64,000 nucleotides of DNA, from the IMG/VR virus record IMGVR_UViG_3300017783_000006, positions 14,805 through 78,804 of that record. One strand, written 5' to 3'. This stretch comes from a virus. Made by a program: the position numbers and the translations under genes. The notes below the pieces were generated by a model. It searched no databases, was not told where the DNA came from, and saw only the letters and a program-made list of their open reading frames with translations. Shown here piece after piece: positions 45,998-55,470 of the stretch (positions within the stretch are counted from its first letter, which is position 1; each line of letters starts with the position of its first letter).

Positions 45998-46729
45998 TCA
46001 GCCGAAAAAACTCGTTAATCCCTCCAACGTAACTGTATTTAAAACACCAGTTTTAGGATTCTTCACTGATATTGTGTGAGAAAGTTTTGGCATGGTCTGG
46101 AAAAACTTTTCAATTTCCTTGAATTGTTCTGATGTTAAACCTTCAACAAATTCTACAAGTTCTTGCTTCGTGCAATCAGCAGCAGCCCATGCCTCTTCTG
46201 CATTAAAAACAGTATCAATACACGATGCAATAATATTAAATGACTTTTCGATATTACTTTCATCCTGAACATCATTAAAATCAAAATTATTTTTAATAAA
46301 TTGATCCAATGATGGATACTTCATTCTCATGATTAAATCAGAACCTAAATTAATATCAGGATTGTGGTCTTTATTTTTCTGTACTTTTACTTCATCAACA
46401 AACACAGTTACAGGAACTTGTGTATTGCTATCATCATCATAACATGTAACCAAAAGATCAATTGATTCACCTACAGATTTTCCTCTAACATTTAGGAAAA
46501 CATATTCAATATCAAATGTTGGCAATTCATCCACTTTAATGCCTTTTGTTAAAATGCACTCGGATAATACTTGTTTAATTGCACTTGTAATTTGCATTGC
46601 ATCTCTTGATTCTAATGCAATAATTAATACTTTTTCTTCTCTAACTAGAAATGGTCTATATTTAATCTTTTTCCCATTAGAAGGCAATTCCAACTCATAA
46701 GTTGGGGTAGATATTTTTGGTAAAGGCAT
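45998..46729 (-). CDS. gp26: Baseplate hub subunit gp26
   Basis: MPLPKI.TPTYEL.LPS, YRPFLV.EEK, FDIEY.FL..RGKSVGE, LEGL.SFF. Confidence 0.92.
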   Translation of the reverse strand: MPLPKISTPTYELELPSNGKKIKYRPFLVREEKVLIIALESRDAMQITSAIKQVLSECILTKGIKVDELPTFDIEYVFLNVRGKSVGESIDLLVTCYDDDSNTQVPVTVFVDEVKVQKNKDHNPDINLGSDLIMRMKYPSLDQFIKNNFDFNDVQDESNIEKSFNIIASCIDTVFNAEEAWAAADCTKQELVEFVEGLTSEQFKEIEKFFQTMPKLSHTISVKNPKTGVLNTVTLEGLTSFFG

Positions 46730-46757
46730 AATGTTCAGTGAACCTCAGTAAAATTAT

Positions 46758-47615
46758 TTAGAATAGATTTCCAATCGTGTTAAATATTTCTTCAAATGTC
46801 AAATTATTTGCGGATGGATTGGTTATTCCAAGTACTTGTCCAGCACCAGTTGGTATAGTTGTTACATTACCACCATGCTTTTCATAAACATATCTAGAGT
46901 ATGAGAACTCTACACTAACTTTTGTTATTGTGGAACCTTCATATGATAATGGAATTGCTGATATATTTGTTGGAAAGGCATCAATAAGTCTGTAAGTTAT
47001 TGTTGGAACACTTTGCAGATTATCACCACCTTGTGATGGATTTTCTCTGAAATTTCTTTCAAATTTAACTATTGAAATAATCCTCTTATAAGTATCAGGA
47101 TATCTCATCCTGAAAAATTGATTTCTATCTTTTTGATTACCAAATCCTATTGCTGACGGTGCTACTGGTCCACCAGCAGATTGTAACGGGTTTATATAAT
47201 TCATCCATTCTTCAAATACTCTCATAATTTTATAGTCGTTATCGACATAAAATGTTAATTGAACAGGAGCAAAAATTCTTCTTGTTGGAATTCTTTCTAT
47301 TATACCCTGACGAGAACCCATTTCCTCTGCAACATCAAAAGTTGCTCCTGGAATTATTGCTTCGGCACAGAAAAAATCATAATAAGTATTCATTGCTGCA
47401 TCAATAGTTATACCACTTTTTTGCATCCAATCTAACAAATCATTACCTGCACTACCATTTCCCAGATGCAATGCAACTTTAAATTGACTACTGAAAGATA
47501 CGTTACCTAGTATGTCCATCCCACTAGCAAGTGCGACACCCCCCTCATCTCTGGGAGTGGTCATCTTCATATATAATGGACCTACGTTTGGTTGTCCAGC
47601 ATTTTGATCTGCCAT
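46758..47615 (-). CDS. gp54: Baseplate tail-tube initiator, gp54-like (tube-protein fold)
   Basis: C.EA.IPG, LTFYVD.DY...R.FE.W, AFP..I...PLSY. Confidence 0.65.
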   Translation of the reverse strand: MADQNAGQPNVGPLYMKMTTPRDEGGVALASGMDILGNVSFSSQFKVALHLGNGSAGNDLLDWMQKSGITIDAAMNTYYDFFCAEAIIPGATFDVAEEMGSRQGIIERIPTRRIFAPVQLTFYVDNDYKIMRVFEEWMNYINPLQSAGGPVAPSAIGFGNQKDRNQFFRMRYPDTYKRIISIVKFERNFRENPSQGGDNLQSVPTITYRLIDAFPTNISAIPLSYEGSTITKVSVEFSYSRYVYEKHGGNVTTIPTGAGQVLGITNPSANNLTFEEIFNTIGNLF

Positions 47616-47616
47616 T

Positions 47617-47624
47617 TATAAATA
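47617..47624 (+). promoter_or_regulatory. T4 late promoter TATAAATA for the gp4-gp2-gp48-gp53 operon
   Basis: Perfect consensus 28 nt upstream of gp4. Confidence 0.8.
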
Positions 47625-47652
47625 TATTTTATAGAAGATTCCTATACTATGT

Positions 47653-48120
47653 ATGCCACATAAAGACGACTCTGGTTATAGACAAGGTAAATTTAAACCA
47701 CAAAAACCAGAAAAATATAAAGGTGACCCAACAAAGATCATTTATAGGTCATCATATGAATTGAAGTTTATGCGATATTGTGATTTGACTGAAAGTGTAA
47801 ACGAATGGAGGTCTGAGGAGTTTTTTATACCATACCGTTCACCTTTAGATAACAAATTTCACAGGTATTTTCCAGATTTCTTTGTAAAATACAAAGACAA
47901 AAATGGAATTATAAGAACTATGGTTGTAGAAATCAAACCACAAAAAGACTTAAAAATGCCTGAACAAAAACCTAAACGTAAAACAAAATCTTGGGCATAT
48001 AGTGTGAAAACCTGGGCAATTAATCAGGCAAAGTGGGAAGCAGCAAAAGAATGGTGTGCTGATAGAAAATATGAATTTAAGATACTTACCGAAAAAGAAC
48101 TGGGAATAAAACTAAAATGA
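47653..48120 (+). CDS. gp4: Head completion nuclease gp4
   Basis: KYKGDPT.I.YRSS.E, IPY.SP.D...HRYFPDF, EIKP, N.AKWEAA. Confidence 0.93.
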   Translation: MPHKDDSGYRQGKFKPQKPEKYKGDPTKIIYRSSYELKFMRYCDLTESVNEWRSEEFFIPYRSPLDNKFHRYFPDFFVKYKDKNGIIRTMVVEIKPQKDLKMPEQKPKRKTKSWAYSVKTWAINQAKWEAAKEWCADRKYEFKILTEKELGIKLK

Positions 48121-48317
48121 ATGATGAAGAAAATTATTACGATTATCAAGTAAGCTTGACAATAGAGGATATACGTCTCTTACATCATTGTGTGATTAAA
48201 AGATTAGAAATGTGGGAAGGATATCCAGCACGACCAGCAGAAGAACAAGAGCACCTATGGGTAATGAGAGATTCTCTTTTCCGAATGATGTTAGATTATA
48301 ATTTTAATAAAGGATAA
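48117..48317 (+). CDS. Hypothetical protein
   Basis: 66-aa ORF, ATGA-coupled to gp4. Confidence 0.7.
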   Translation: MNDEENYYDYQVSLTIEDIRLLHHCVIKRLEMWEGYPARPAEEQEHLWVMRDSLFRMMLDYNFNKG

Positions 48318-48320
48318 AAT

Positions 48321-48818
48321 ATGATTGCGGAAACTCTCAATAAATCTGCTGGTAAAAAATTTAGAAGTGGTAATTGGTGGACCAATGCACTTATGAATGA
48401 ACTTTTGAATTATCAAAAGAAAGATATTAGTCAGTCTGACACTGGATTTATTATTCCTGGGGATCTTGTGTTTTTTATGTATTCGGCAAAATATCCACAA
48501 AAATACCCTTATTGGGATATGCATCCATTATCATTCATAGTAAATGTAAATCCTAGAGAGGGAAGTTTTACAGGTATTAATCTCCATTACTTAAATCCAC
48601 AGTATAGAAAAGGATTTGCTAAATCTCTCATAAATAAAACAGGAATAACTAATGCACCTAAAAAGACTATACATAAATATCTTTTCACTGGTGTAATGAG
48701 TGATTTAATGAAAGTTCCCAAATCAGAATGGGGTGAAGTATCAATATTACCTACCGAATCTTTTGTAAACAAAGATGGTAGAAAAGTACCTAAGTATAGA
48801 GTTTGGGACGCACCTTAA
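48321..48818 (+). CDS. gp2: DNA end protector gp2
   Basis: F.Y.AK......YWD.HPL, G.NLHYL, HKYL, LPTE.F. Confidence 0.85.
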   Translation: MIAETLNKSAGKKFRSGNWWTNALMNELLNYQKKDISQSDTGFIIPGDLVFFMYSAKYPQKYPYWDMHPLSFIVNVNPREGSFTGINLHYLNPQYRKGFAKSLINKTGITNAPKKTIHKYLFTGVMSDLMKVPKSEWGEVSILPTESFVNKDGRKVPKYRVWDAP

Positions 48819-50291
48819 ATGGCATATCAAGTTGTAGAAGATAATTTACATACATGTCCAACTTGTGGACCTTTTGGTATTAATTTGGGATTAAGATACG
48901 ATCCAGTAACAGGAGAATATCAACTAAAAGAACAAGGATTATTAGGATACGATACTCCATTAACTGCTATATTTTATCAGGATGGCAGTTGGGCTATGGA
49001 CGCTATTCAAGACCCACAATTATTTGTAGATGGAGACCCAAATCAACCAACACCACTAACACAATCTTTAAGCATATTACTAAGACAAAAAACCCAACAA
49101 GCACATGTAGCAATAGGTGGTAATGCTGGTGGTAATAATCTGCATCCAACTGCACAAGTATCTCAACATACTGCTGTACCAGGAGTTTTAAATCAATTTC
49201 CTGGTACAAATCCTGGGATAGCAACAGCATTACCAGGTGGAAATATATTAGCAACACCACCAGGAACTAGTACAGACCCAACTCAAATACCAGCAACTAC
49301 TGCAAAAGCAGAAGAAAAAATAGCATCTTCTAATAAAAATTTTTTCACAGATACTTTAAAATATCCTTTAGATGTTCTAGAACTACAGCAAGATTTCCTA
49401 AAAATAGAGCAACTTGAATTATCTCCAGCTAGTAGTATTTTCGGAGACCCAGGAAGTGTATTAACGGGTGGTTTATCCGTACTTGGGGGAAGAACGACAC
49501 AAAATAAAGGAAGACTTTATTTGCCAATTCCAAATAATGCGGCAGATAGTAATGCAACTGCATGGGGTGCAGATCAAATGAATAATTTGACTGCTAGTAT
49601 AACTGCAATGATGTCCAACGACGTAAAATCAGGATTAGTTAATACATCAACAGTAACTGGTCTGCTATCAGCAGGACTGGATATGGTTGCTAAGTTTAAT
49701 CCAGCACAAGCAGTAGCAATTGGACGTGTTGTTGCTGATGCTGGTGGAATGGATGCAATCCAAGGTCCACTTTTACAGCAAGTACAAGCTTCAATAACAT
49801 CTGCATTATTAAAGCAAGCATCTTTCGATGTTCCTGCAGAGCAAATACTAGCAAGAAGTGGAGTTGTTCCAAACTCAAATCTCGAGCTTTTATTCAATAA
49901 TGTCACATTAAGAGAGTTTACTTTTTCTTACAGAATGAGTCCAAGAAGTAAACCTGAAGCAGCAATGGTCAGGAAAATAATACTATTCTTCAAAAAGGGA
50001 ATGGCAGCAAAAAAATCAGATGGACAAGGTAGTACAAATGCCGGAACATTCTTAAAAAGTCCAAATATCTTTAAATTAACTTATCAAACAGGAGACGCCA
50101 AACCAATTAGTGGTATGAATAAGTTTAAATTTTGTGCATTGACAAATTTTGCTGTTAATTATTCACCAGATGGACAATTTTCTGCATATGATGAAGGCCA
50201 GCCAGTATCTTATAATATTGGAATGTCATTTTCTGAAATTGAACCATTATATGAAAGTGATTATGATGATTCATCAAGTATAGGTTACTAA
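48819..50291 (+). CDS. gp48: Baseplate tail-tube cap gp48
   Basis: LKYP, LPIP...D.N...W, N.NLELLF....LREF.F...M.PRS..EA, F.EIEP.Y. Confidence 0.88.
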   Translation: MAYQVVEDNLHTCPTCGPFGINLGLRYDPVTGEYQLKEQGLLGYDTPLTAIFYQDGSWAMDAIQDPQLFVDGDPNQPTPLTQSLSILLRQKTQQAHVAIGGNAGGNNLHPTAQVSQHTAVPGVLNQFPGTNPGIATALPGGNILATPPGTSTDPTQIPATTAKAEEKIASSNKNFFTDTLKYPLDVLELQQDFLKIEQLELSPASSIFGDPGSVLTGGLSVLGGRTTQNKGRLYLPIPNNAADSNATAWGADQMNNLTASITAMMSNDVKSGLVNTSTVTGLLSAGLDMVAKFNPAQAVAIGRVVADAGGMDAIQGPLLQQVQASITSALLKQASFDVPAEQILARSGVVPNSNLELLFNNVTLREFTFSYRMSPRSKPEAAMVRKIILFFKKGMAAKKSDGQGSTNAGTFLKSPNIFKLTYQTGDAKPISGMNKFKFCALTNFAVNYSPDGQFSAYDEGQPVSYNIGMSFSEIEPLYESDYDDSSSIGY

Positions 50292-50292
50292 A

Positions 50293-51141
50293 ATGTCTTA
50301 CTTCTCTAATTTACCAGATGTACAATATCAGCAAAATCCAAAAGGTAATGGTTCTCTAAAAGATTTTTCTACTGTCAAAAATTTATTTAAAAGACCCAAA
50401 ATAAGGGAGGATATATTCAATAATATATCAAACTTTCAAAAATATGAAATACAAGATGGTGATAGACCAGATACACTAGCAAAAAGATTTTATAATGATG
50501 CCAGTTTGGATTGGATTATAAAAATATCCAATAATATAATTAATTTAAATGATGAGTGGCCATTAGATAATAATTCATTGAATAATTATATGCTTGATAA
50601 GTATGGAGGTCCAGAAAAACTAGCAGAAGTTCATCATTATGAAACAGTAGAATTTAAAGATTTGTATGGAAGAGTAGTTATACCTGGTGGTCTTCAAGTA
50701 GACACATCTAAAACTGAAACTGTAGTGACTAATACTAATTCAAAATCATATTTTACCAATTCATTTCCAAGTCCAAAAGCAAATACAGTAGTTAGTGTAA
50801 ATCTAAATCAAAAAATTGTAGTATATAATAGATCGGGTGGTCCAAGAGATTACAATATAACAAATATTGATACAAATACATCATATATTGAAATTCCAAC
50901 TCATATTGATAAAGATGAGTTTATTGAAATAAGTATACTAAATAACTTGGCAAATTGGCCAAATGGATGGGGTGGTAATTTAACCATCTACTTAAGAGAT
51001 GATTCTAATTTTACTATTCCTATTGATGACGTTATTCTAGATAATAAAGTGAGAATACCAGCAAGATTATTTGAATTCACTGGAACGATAGTTGATGGTG
51101 TCTTACAACCAACTTTTAACTTTACAAACGAAACAGAGTAA
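50293..51141 (+). CDS. gp53: Baseplate wedge gp53, N-terminal part with C-terminal extension
   Basis: YF..LP, KNLFKR, Y.I.DGDRPD.LA..FY...LDWII..SNNI....EWP, HHYET. Confidence 0.85.
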   Translation: MSYFSNLPDVQYQQNPKGNGSLKDFSTVKNLFKRPKIREDIFNNISNFQKYEIQDGDRPDTLAKRFYNDASLDWIIKISNNIINLNDEWPLDNNSLNNYMLDKYGGPEKLAEVHHYETVEFKDLYGRVVIPGGLQVDTSKTETVVTNTNSKSYFTNSFPSPKANTVVSVNLNQKIVVYNRSGGPRDYNITNIDTNTSYIEIPTHIDKDEFIEISILNNLANWPNGWGGNLTIYLRDDSNFTIPIDDVILDNKVRIPARLFEFTGTIVDGVLQPTFNFTNETE

Positions 51142-51432
51142 ATGAACTTTCCTAAACCAGGCATGAAAGTCTTCATTGAGGAAGATGGTCAAATAGTAGA
51201 ATATTTAAATCCTAATGGGCAAATTGAAACGATTAAAAGTCGTATAGAAGCAGTAACAAATCAAGAATATGAGATACGAGAAAATAATAAAAAAAGATTT
51301 ATAAACATAATTAGAAAAGAATTTGCTGGATTATTCGTAAGGGATATGAAAGATATGATGCATTATAAAACTTCTTCTCAAAAAGTAAATAAGAAAACAA
51401 AGAGAGCATATAACGAAAGAACTGGAAATTAA
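51142..51432 (+). CDS. gp53 C-terminal part encoded as a separate ORF
   Basis: VTN.EYE...N.KKR.I motif characteristic of the gp53 C-terminus; in frame directly after TAA. Confidence 0.7.
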   Translation: MNFPKPGMKVFIEEDGQIVEYLNPNGQIETIKSRIEAVTNQEYEIRENNKKRFINIIRKEFAGLFVRDMKDMMHYKTSSQKVNKKTKRAYNERTGN

Positions 51433-51470
51433 AAAACCCCCCAAACAAAAAATTTGGGGGGCATTTTTTT
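51431..51470. terminator. Bidirectional intrinsic terminator between convergent gp53 and gp32
   Basis: A6-CCCCCCAAA...TTTGGGGGG-T7. Confidence 0.75.
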
Positions 51471-51505
51471 GGACGATTTTTGTAAACAAAAATCAATTTT
51501 CAGAA

Positions 51506-52504
51506 TTAACCTTCAGCAAGTTTCTGGAAGTAAGACAGTGCATCATCTTCTTCATCATCATTGTTAGAAGACGACTCTGCATTCAAGAACGGTGATGAAC
51601 TGGTTACACCACTCGACTTGATGTCTAGATCGTTGAAACCAGCATCTGAAGACGTAGTAGGTGCATTGTAAGAGGTGGATTCAGAGAAGTCACCCTTGCG
51701 TTCACGTTCCCATTGTGCGTCCTCTTCAACAGTCTCTTGATCTTGAATCTTGGAAGTTGCTTTTAGACCAAGAGTGTAGTCAAGACGCTTCTTGAGATCA
51801 TTATAAGATTTAAACTCTTTAGGATCAACAAATGCATTCAAGTCATGCAGTCCTTTATAAAGGTTCTCAAGTGCATCGTCATCACCATCAAGGAGAGCAC
51901 TAGGAGCAGCAAACTCAGAAGCATCATAGTTCCAATAACCTGCAACCTTCTTCAGTTTTAGTTTGAAGTTGGCACCTTCCCAGAAGTCAAACGGATTGAT
52001 AGGTTGCTCATCATCGAACTCAGGTTGCATTGCTGCCATAATCTTATCAAAGATTTTCTTACCAAACTTATAAAGGAAAACCTTACCTTGGTTTTCAGGA
52101 TTGGCAGGGTCACGTACAACATAAATGTTTGCGTAGTAAGACAACTTGCGTTTTTGCTTACGTGCTTCTTCTTTATCTGCATCAGAACCAGAGTTCCAGA
52201 GTACACGATTCTTCTCACAGACAGGGCATTGCTGACCAACAGTAGTCAGGCAGTTATCGATGAGCCATCCACCAGGACCTTGGAATGCGTGAGACCAAAC
52301 TTGTGCCCAGGGGAGTTCACTACCTTCAGGTGCTGGTAGGAAACGAACCACTGCAGATCCAACTCCACTCTTGTCCATGACGGGTTTCCAGAAACGGTCA
52401 TCATCTTTACCACCGCCCTTGTCGTTCATTTTTTCTACTTGCTTCACCAGTTTTTCAGTGAGGCTACCCATTCGGGATTGCTTTTTAAGATCAGCAAAAG
52501 ACAT
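51506..52504 (-). CDS. gp32: ssDNA-binding protein gp32
   Basis: DDRFWKP, RFLPAP, HAFQGPGGW.I.NC.TT, YKFGKKI, GANFKLK, acidic tail DDALSYFQKLA. Confidence 0.96.
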   Translation of the reverse strand: MSFADLKKQSRMGSLTEKLVKQVEKMNDKGGGKDDDRFWKPVMDKSGVGSAVVRFLPAPEGSELPWAQVWSHAFQGPGGWLIDNCLTTVGQQCPVCEKNRVLWNSGSDADKEEARKQKRKLSYYANIYVVRDPANPENQGKVFLYKFGKKIFDKIMAAMQPEFDDEQPINPFDFWEGANFKLKLKKVAGYWNYDASEFAAPSALLDGDDDALENLYKGLHDLNAFVDPKEFKSYNDLKKRLDYTLGLKATSKIQDQETVEEDAQWERERKGDFSESTSYNAPTTSSDAGFNDLDIKSSGVTSSSPFLNAESSSNNDDEEDDALSYFQKLAEG

Positions 52505-52557
52505 TTGTATTCTCCGTATTGATTAGTATTAGATGTTTGTGTCGTATTGACGTATTA

Positions 52558-52587
52558 AGTCTAGCAGAGGGGCACCCTAGTCGTCAA
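52558..52587 (-). promoter_or_regulatory. Sigma70-like promoter for gp32
   Basis: TTGACG-N18-TAGACT with TG extension. Confidence 0.55.
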
Positions 52588-52909
52588 GGCTTTTCTCAAG
52601 TGCGTCTATTTGAGACTCAAGAATATCAAAAAAGTCATTCACACTAGAACCTGGTGGAAGACCGAACATTTTAGCAGAATCTAAGATTCTTTCCTTTAAT
52701 TCTACTGCTTCTGGATCATCAGAAAGTGACAATCTAAAGATAAAATTCTTTTGTTTTTCAAGGAACTCTCGCATTAAATCAAGATGTTCTTTCTTTTTAG
52801 GACTGCCAGCAAAAGGGATAGTCATCAACTGTTCAAATATTTTTTCTTGTAGATTATCAAGTTCCATAACAGATTCTCTGACTACTTCTGAATCAAAAAA
52901 TCTACTCAT
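52577..52909 (-). CDS. DUF1825-like conserved cyanophage protein
   Basis: FFDSEVV...LEKQK....RLSLSDDPEA. Confidence 0.8.
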   Translation of the reverse strand: MSRFFDSEVVRESVMELDNLQEKIFEQLMTIPFAGSPKKKEHLDLMREFLEKQKNFIFRLSLSDDPEAVELKERILDSAKMFGLPPGSSVNDFFDILESQIDALEKSLDD

Positions 52910-53496
52910 AATACTATCTCCCTTAAAATTTGCTTACATTTAGACTCATCAATATTTAGGAACGGTTTATATTTCTTGATTCTTAGACTTACGGTTTCCC
53001 ATATAGGGTCCGTAATGTTTTTATCAAACCTTTTTACATATCCAAGAATCATATCAAGTATGACCATTGTTTCTAAAGTTACAGCATTTTGCAAATGCTT
53101 CTTTAGTATTTCTGGATGCTGATTTATTTTACATTCAAAAATAGTATCAAGATTATCTTTAGAAATAAAAACCTCACTTTCTGTCTTAAAGACATAAGTG
53201 AGGCTTTGAATCCTTTTTAACCAATTAACATAATGTTCTTCTCCATTGGCAATGATTTCTCCAATCCAAAGTCTTTCGGGATCATTACATTCAACAAAGT
53301 TAGCGACAAAATATGCTTTGATTTCATCGTCAGACTTTTGTCTAGACATTTTTTCAAAGAAGTATCTGTCCTTTCTTTTGTGAAAGGAATTTATAGATGC
53401 TCTAGATTTTCCACAGTATTTAAAATAATCATAACTTGACTTTGTGAAGTGATTCTTCATTGCCAAGTATGTTTTATAAACATCAAAAGGGGTCAC
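52906..53496 (-). CDS. gp59: Helicase loader gp59
   Basis: YK.YLA.KNHFT...YDYFKY.G, F.KRKDRYFFEK. Confidence 0.9.
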   Translation of the reverse strand: MTPFDVYKTYLAMKNHFTKSSYDYFKYCGKSRASINSFHKRKDRYFFEKMSRQKSDDEIKAYFVANFVECNDPERLWIGEIIANGEEHYVNWLKRIQSLTYVFKTESEVFISKDNLDTIFECKINQHPEILKKHLQNAVTLETMVILDMILGYVKRFDKNITDPIWETVSLRIKKYKPFLNIDESKCKQILREIVL

Positions 53497-53498
53497 AA

Positions 53499-53753
53499 TT
53501 AAAATTTCAAAGTTGCTCTACTAGTTTTTTTAAGAAAATTAAGTTTGGTTGCTTCACACTTAAGTTTTTCTTTAAGTGGTTTTGACATCAATTTAGGAAC
53601 TGATTCAATCTCAATTTTATTTTCTTCGCAATATGTGACTATTGCATCAATGTAACTAATCTTTGAAATTTTTACAATGCTTTCAATGTCTTGAGCAAAT
53701 TTTTGTGGACATAAAAATTTATCTTTAATTGCGTCTTTAATATTTTTGTCCAT
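53499..53753 (-). CDS. gp33: Late transcription coactivator gp33 (start refined)
   Basis: YIDAIV.YCEEN.IE.E...KL.SKPLKEK...EA..LNFL. Confidence 0.9.
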   Translation of the reverse strand: MDKNIKDAIKDKFLCPQKFAQDIESIVKISKISYIDAIVTYCEENKIEIESVPKLMSKPLKEKLKCEATKLNFLKKTSRATLKF

Positions 53754-53754
53754 A

Positions 53755-54441
53755 TTAATTGGTTTTGCTATCAACAAATTCTCTAATGTATTCGACGAGA
53801 AGTTTAATATACTTCCCTTTGTCATATTCTTCATAGACTTCACACTCTCCATTTTCACAGGCCATAATAATTACAAGTTTTTTGACAGGAATTTCTGTCA
53901 TTTCGTATAGCATACAAGCATATGCTGCTGCTTGAACAAAATAGTTTTCAATCCATTCTACTGGTTTTGGTTTTTTAGAAGTCTTAAAGTCAATTATAGA
54001 CAATTCAGGTTTACCATTTTCTCCAGTATATTCTGCAATGCAATCTACTGTTCCTGCAATTCCTAACACATCACTATAAAGTGAATTTTCAATCGCATGG
54101 ATGTTATCTATTTTATCTAGTTCTTTTTTTGCAATTTTAAATAGATAATCTGATAAAGGTTGTACTTTAGGTAACTCAATATTGAGCAGATAATTTTCTG
54201 CAAGTGTATGCATGTCAGTACCACGACTTGTAGATCGTTTAGTTATCTTATCTGCTTCAGCATTACCAACTTTTTTTCTCCAATCAATAAAAATCTGACG
54301 ATTATAATGACTAGTAATTGAAGTAATAGATACAAGCCTTTTTACATTTTCCTTTCCAGGAATTTTGTAAAACCTAACTCCGTCAATAGTTTCTCTTTCC
54401 AATCTAGGAAGATTTAAATCAATATGATTAAATTTAGACAT
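53755..54441 (-). CDS. PD-(D/E)XK (Cas4-like) exonuclease
   Basis: RGT.MH...E, E..LYS....AG.VDC, IIDFKTS, YFVQ..AY. Confidence 0.88.
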   Translation of the reverse strand: MSKFNHIDLNLPRLERETIDGVRFYKIPGKENVKRLVSITSITSHYNRQIFIDWRKKVGNAEADKITKRSTSRGTDMHTLAENYLLNIELPKVQPLSDYLFKIAKKELDKIDNIHAIENSLYSDVLGIAGTVDCIAEYTGENGKPELSIIDFKTSKKPKPVEWIENYFVQAAAYACMLYEMTEIPVKKLVIIMACENGECEVYEEYDKGKYIKLLVEYIREFVDSKTN

Positions 54442-55198
54442 TCAAATTTAGTTCTATTTTTGCAGTTAGATATTCTTTAACTAATCCTGAACGAACAATG
54501 TCATCAAGACCAAATTCAATTATATCAAAAGATGGCATTTTTCTCAAGATTGACATAAAGTCACTAATGCCATTTCTTTCATTGGTTTTAATCAAGTCAC
54601 TCTGTGATGCATCACCACAGAACATAATCCTAGAGTTTTCACCAACACGGGTAATTATACTATCAAGTTCATGAAAATTCAAATTTTGAAATTCATCAAC
54701 GATAATAATAGAATTATCGAGAGTAGTACCACGGACAAATGAAGTGCTCCAAAACTTAATTGTTTCTTGTTGCTTTAGATTGCCATACAGCATTTCAAAG
54801 TCAGTTTCAGTGGGAAGTTGAAACATATACTTCACCATATTCTTATACGGAATTTGGTAAATGTCTGCTTTATCTTCATGATCACCAGGAAGAAAACCAA
54901 TTTCTCTTGTAGCAACTAAAGAACGAATAACGTAAATCTGTTCATATGGAGTAATTGCATCCATCACTTCATGTAACGCTTTAAACAAAGTGATAAATGT
55001 TTTTCCAGTTCCTGCTGCACCATACGCAACAATATTTTTACCTTCGTTGTAAGAATCAAAAAGTTTTGTTTGATTATCAGTTAAAGGTTCAATATCAATA
55101 AGGAGATCATTATTCAATGGTCTCTTTCTTTTCATCTGTTTAGCAGTCATGCCAACCCCAATAGGTTGGTCCGATGCTCCTCTTTTTTTTCTAGCCAT
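54434..55198 (-). CDS. phoH: PhoH-like ATPase
   Basis: GAAGTGKT, IGFLPG, SFVRGTTL, DEFQNL, GD..QSDL, DIVRS. Confidence 0.95.
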   Translation of the reverse strand: MARKKRGASDQPIGVGMTAKQMKRKRPLNNDLLIDIEPLTDNQTKLFDSYNEGKNIVAYGAAGTGKTFITLFKALHEVMDAITPYEQIYVIRSLVATREIGFLPGDHEDKADIYQIPYKNMVKYMFQLPTETDFEMLYGNLKQQETIKFWSTSFVRGTTLDNSIIIVDEFQNLNFHELDSIITRVGENSRIMFCGDASQSDLIKTNERNGISDFMSILRKMPSFDIIEFGLDDIVRSGLVKEYLTAKIELNLNV

Positions 55199-55199
55199 A

Positions 55200-55445
55200 T
55201 CAAATTTTAAGATTTCTTGCCCCAGGTTGCTGAGATGCTTTTTCTAACACCTGATTCCAACCTGGTTTGTTTTGAATAAGTTTGTTTTGCCAATCACCAA
55301 CTTCACCAAATCCTGGTGAATTATATGGAGTATAATATCGTTCCCATTCGGGATTGTCAATTTTCCACTGGTCCCAATCGTGAACACTCATTATTACATC
55401 TTTAGTTTCACCAGTTTCAATATGCTTTACAGGATAAGTTGCCAT
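55200..55445 (-). CDS. Conserved T4-like hypothetical protein
   Basis: MATYPV....TGE, GW..VL.K. Confidence 0.75.
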   Translation of the reverse strand: MATYPVKHIETGETKDVIMSVHDWDQWKIDNPEWERYYTPYNSPGFGEVGDWQNKLIQNKPGWNQVLEKASQQPGARNLKI

Positions 55446-55470
55446 TCTTTATAAATTCATACAAAAATAT

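Noticed and set aside
48816-48821. In-frame TAA-ATG between gp2 and gp48 as readthrough
   Set aside because: Both genes look complete and are normally separate, unlike the gp53 case.
53755-54441. Cas4-like nuclease as evidence of a CRISPR system
   Set aside because: No repeat-spacer array or other cas genes were seen; this exonuclease sits in the usual phoH-gp33 core synteny.
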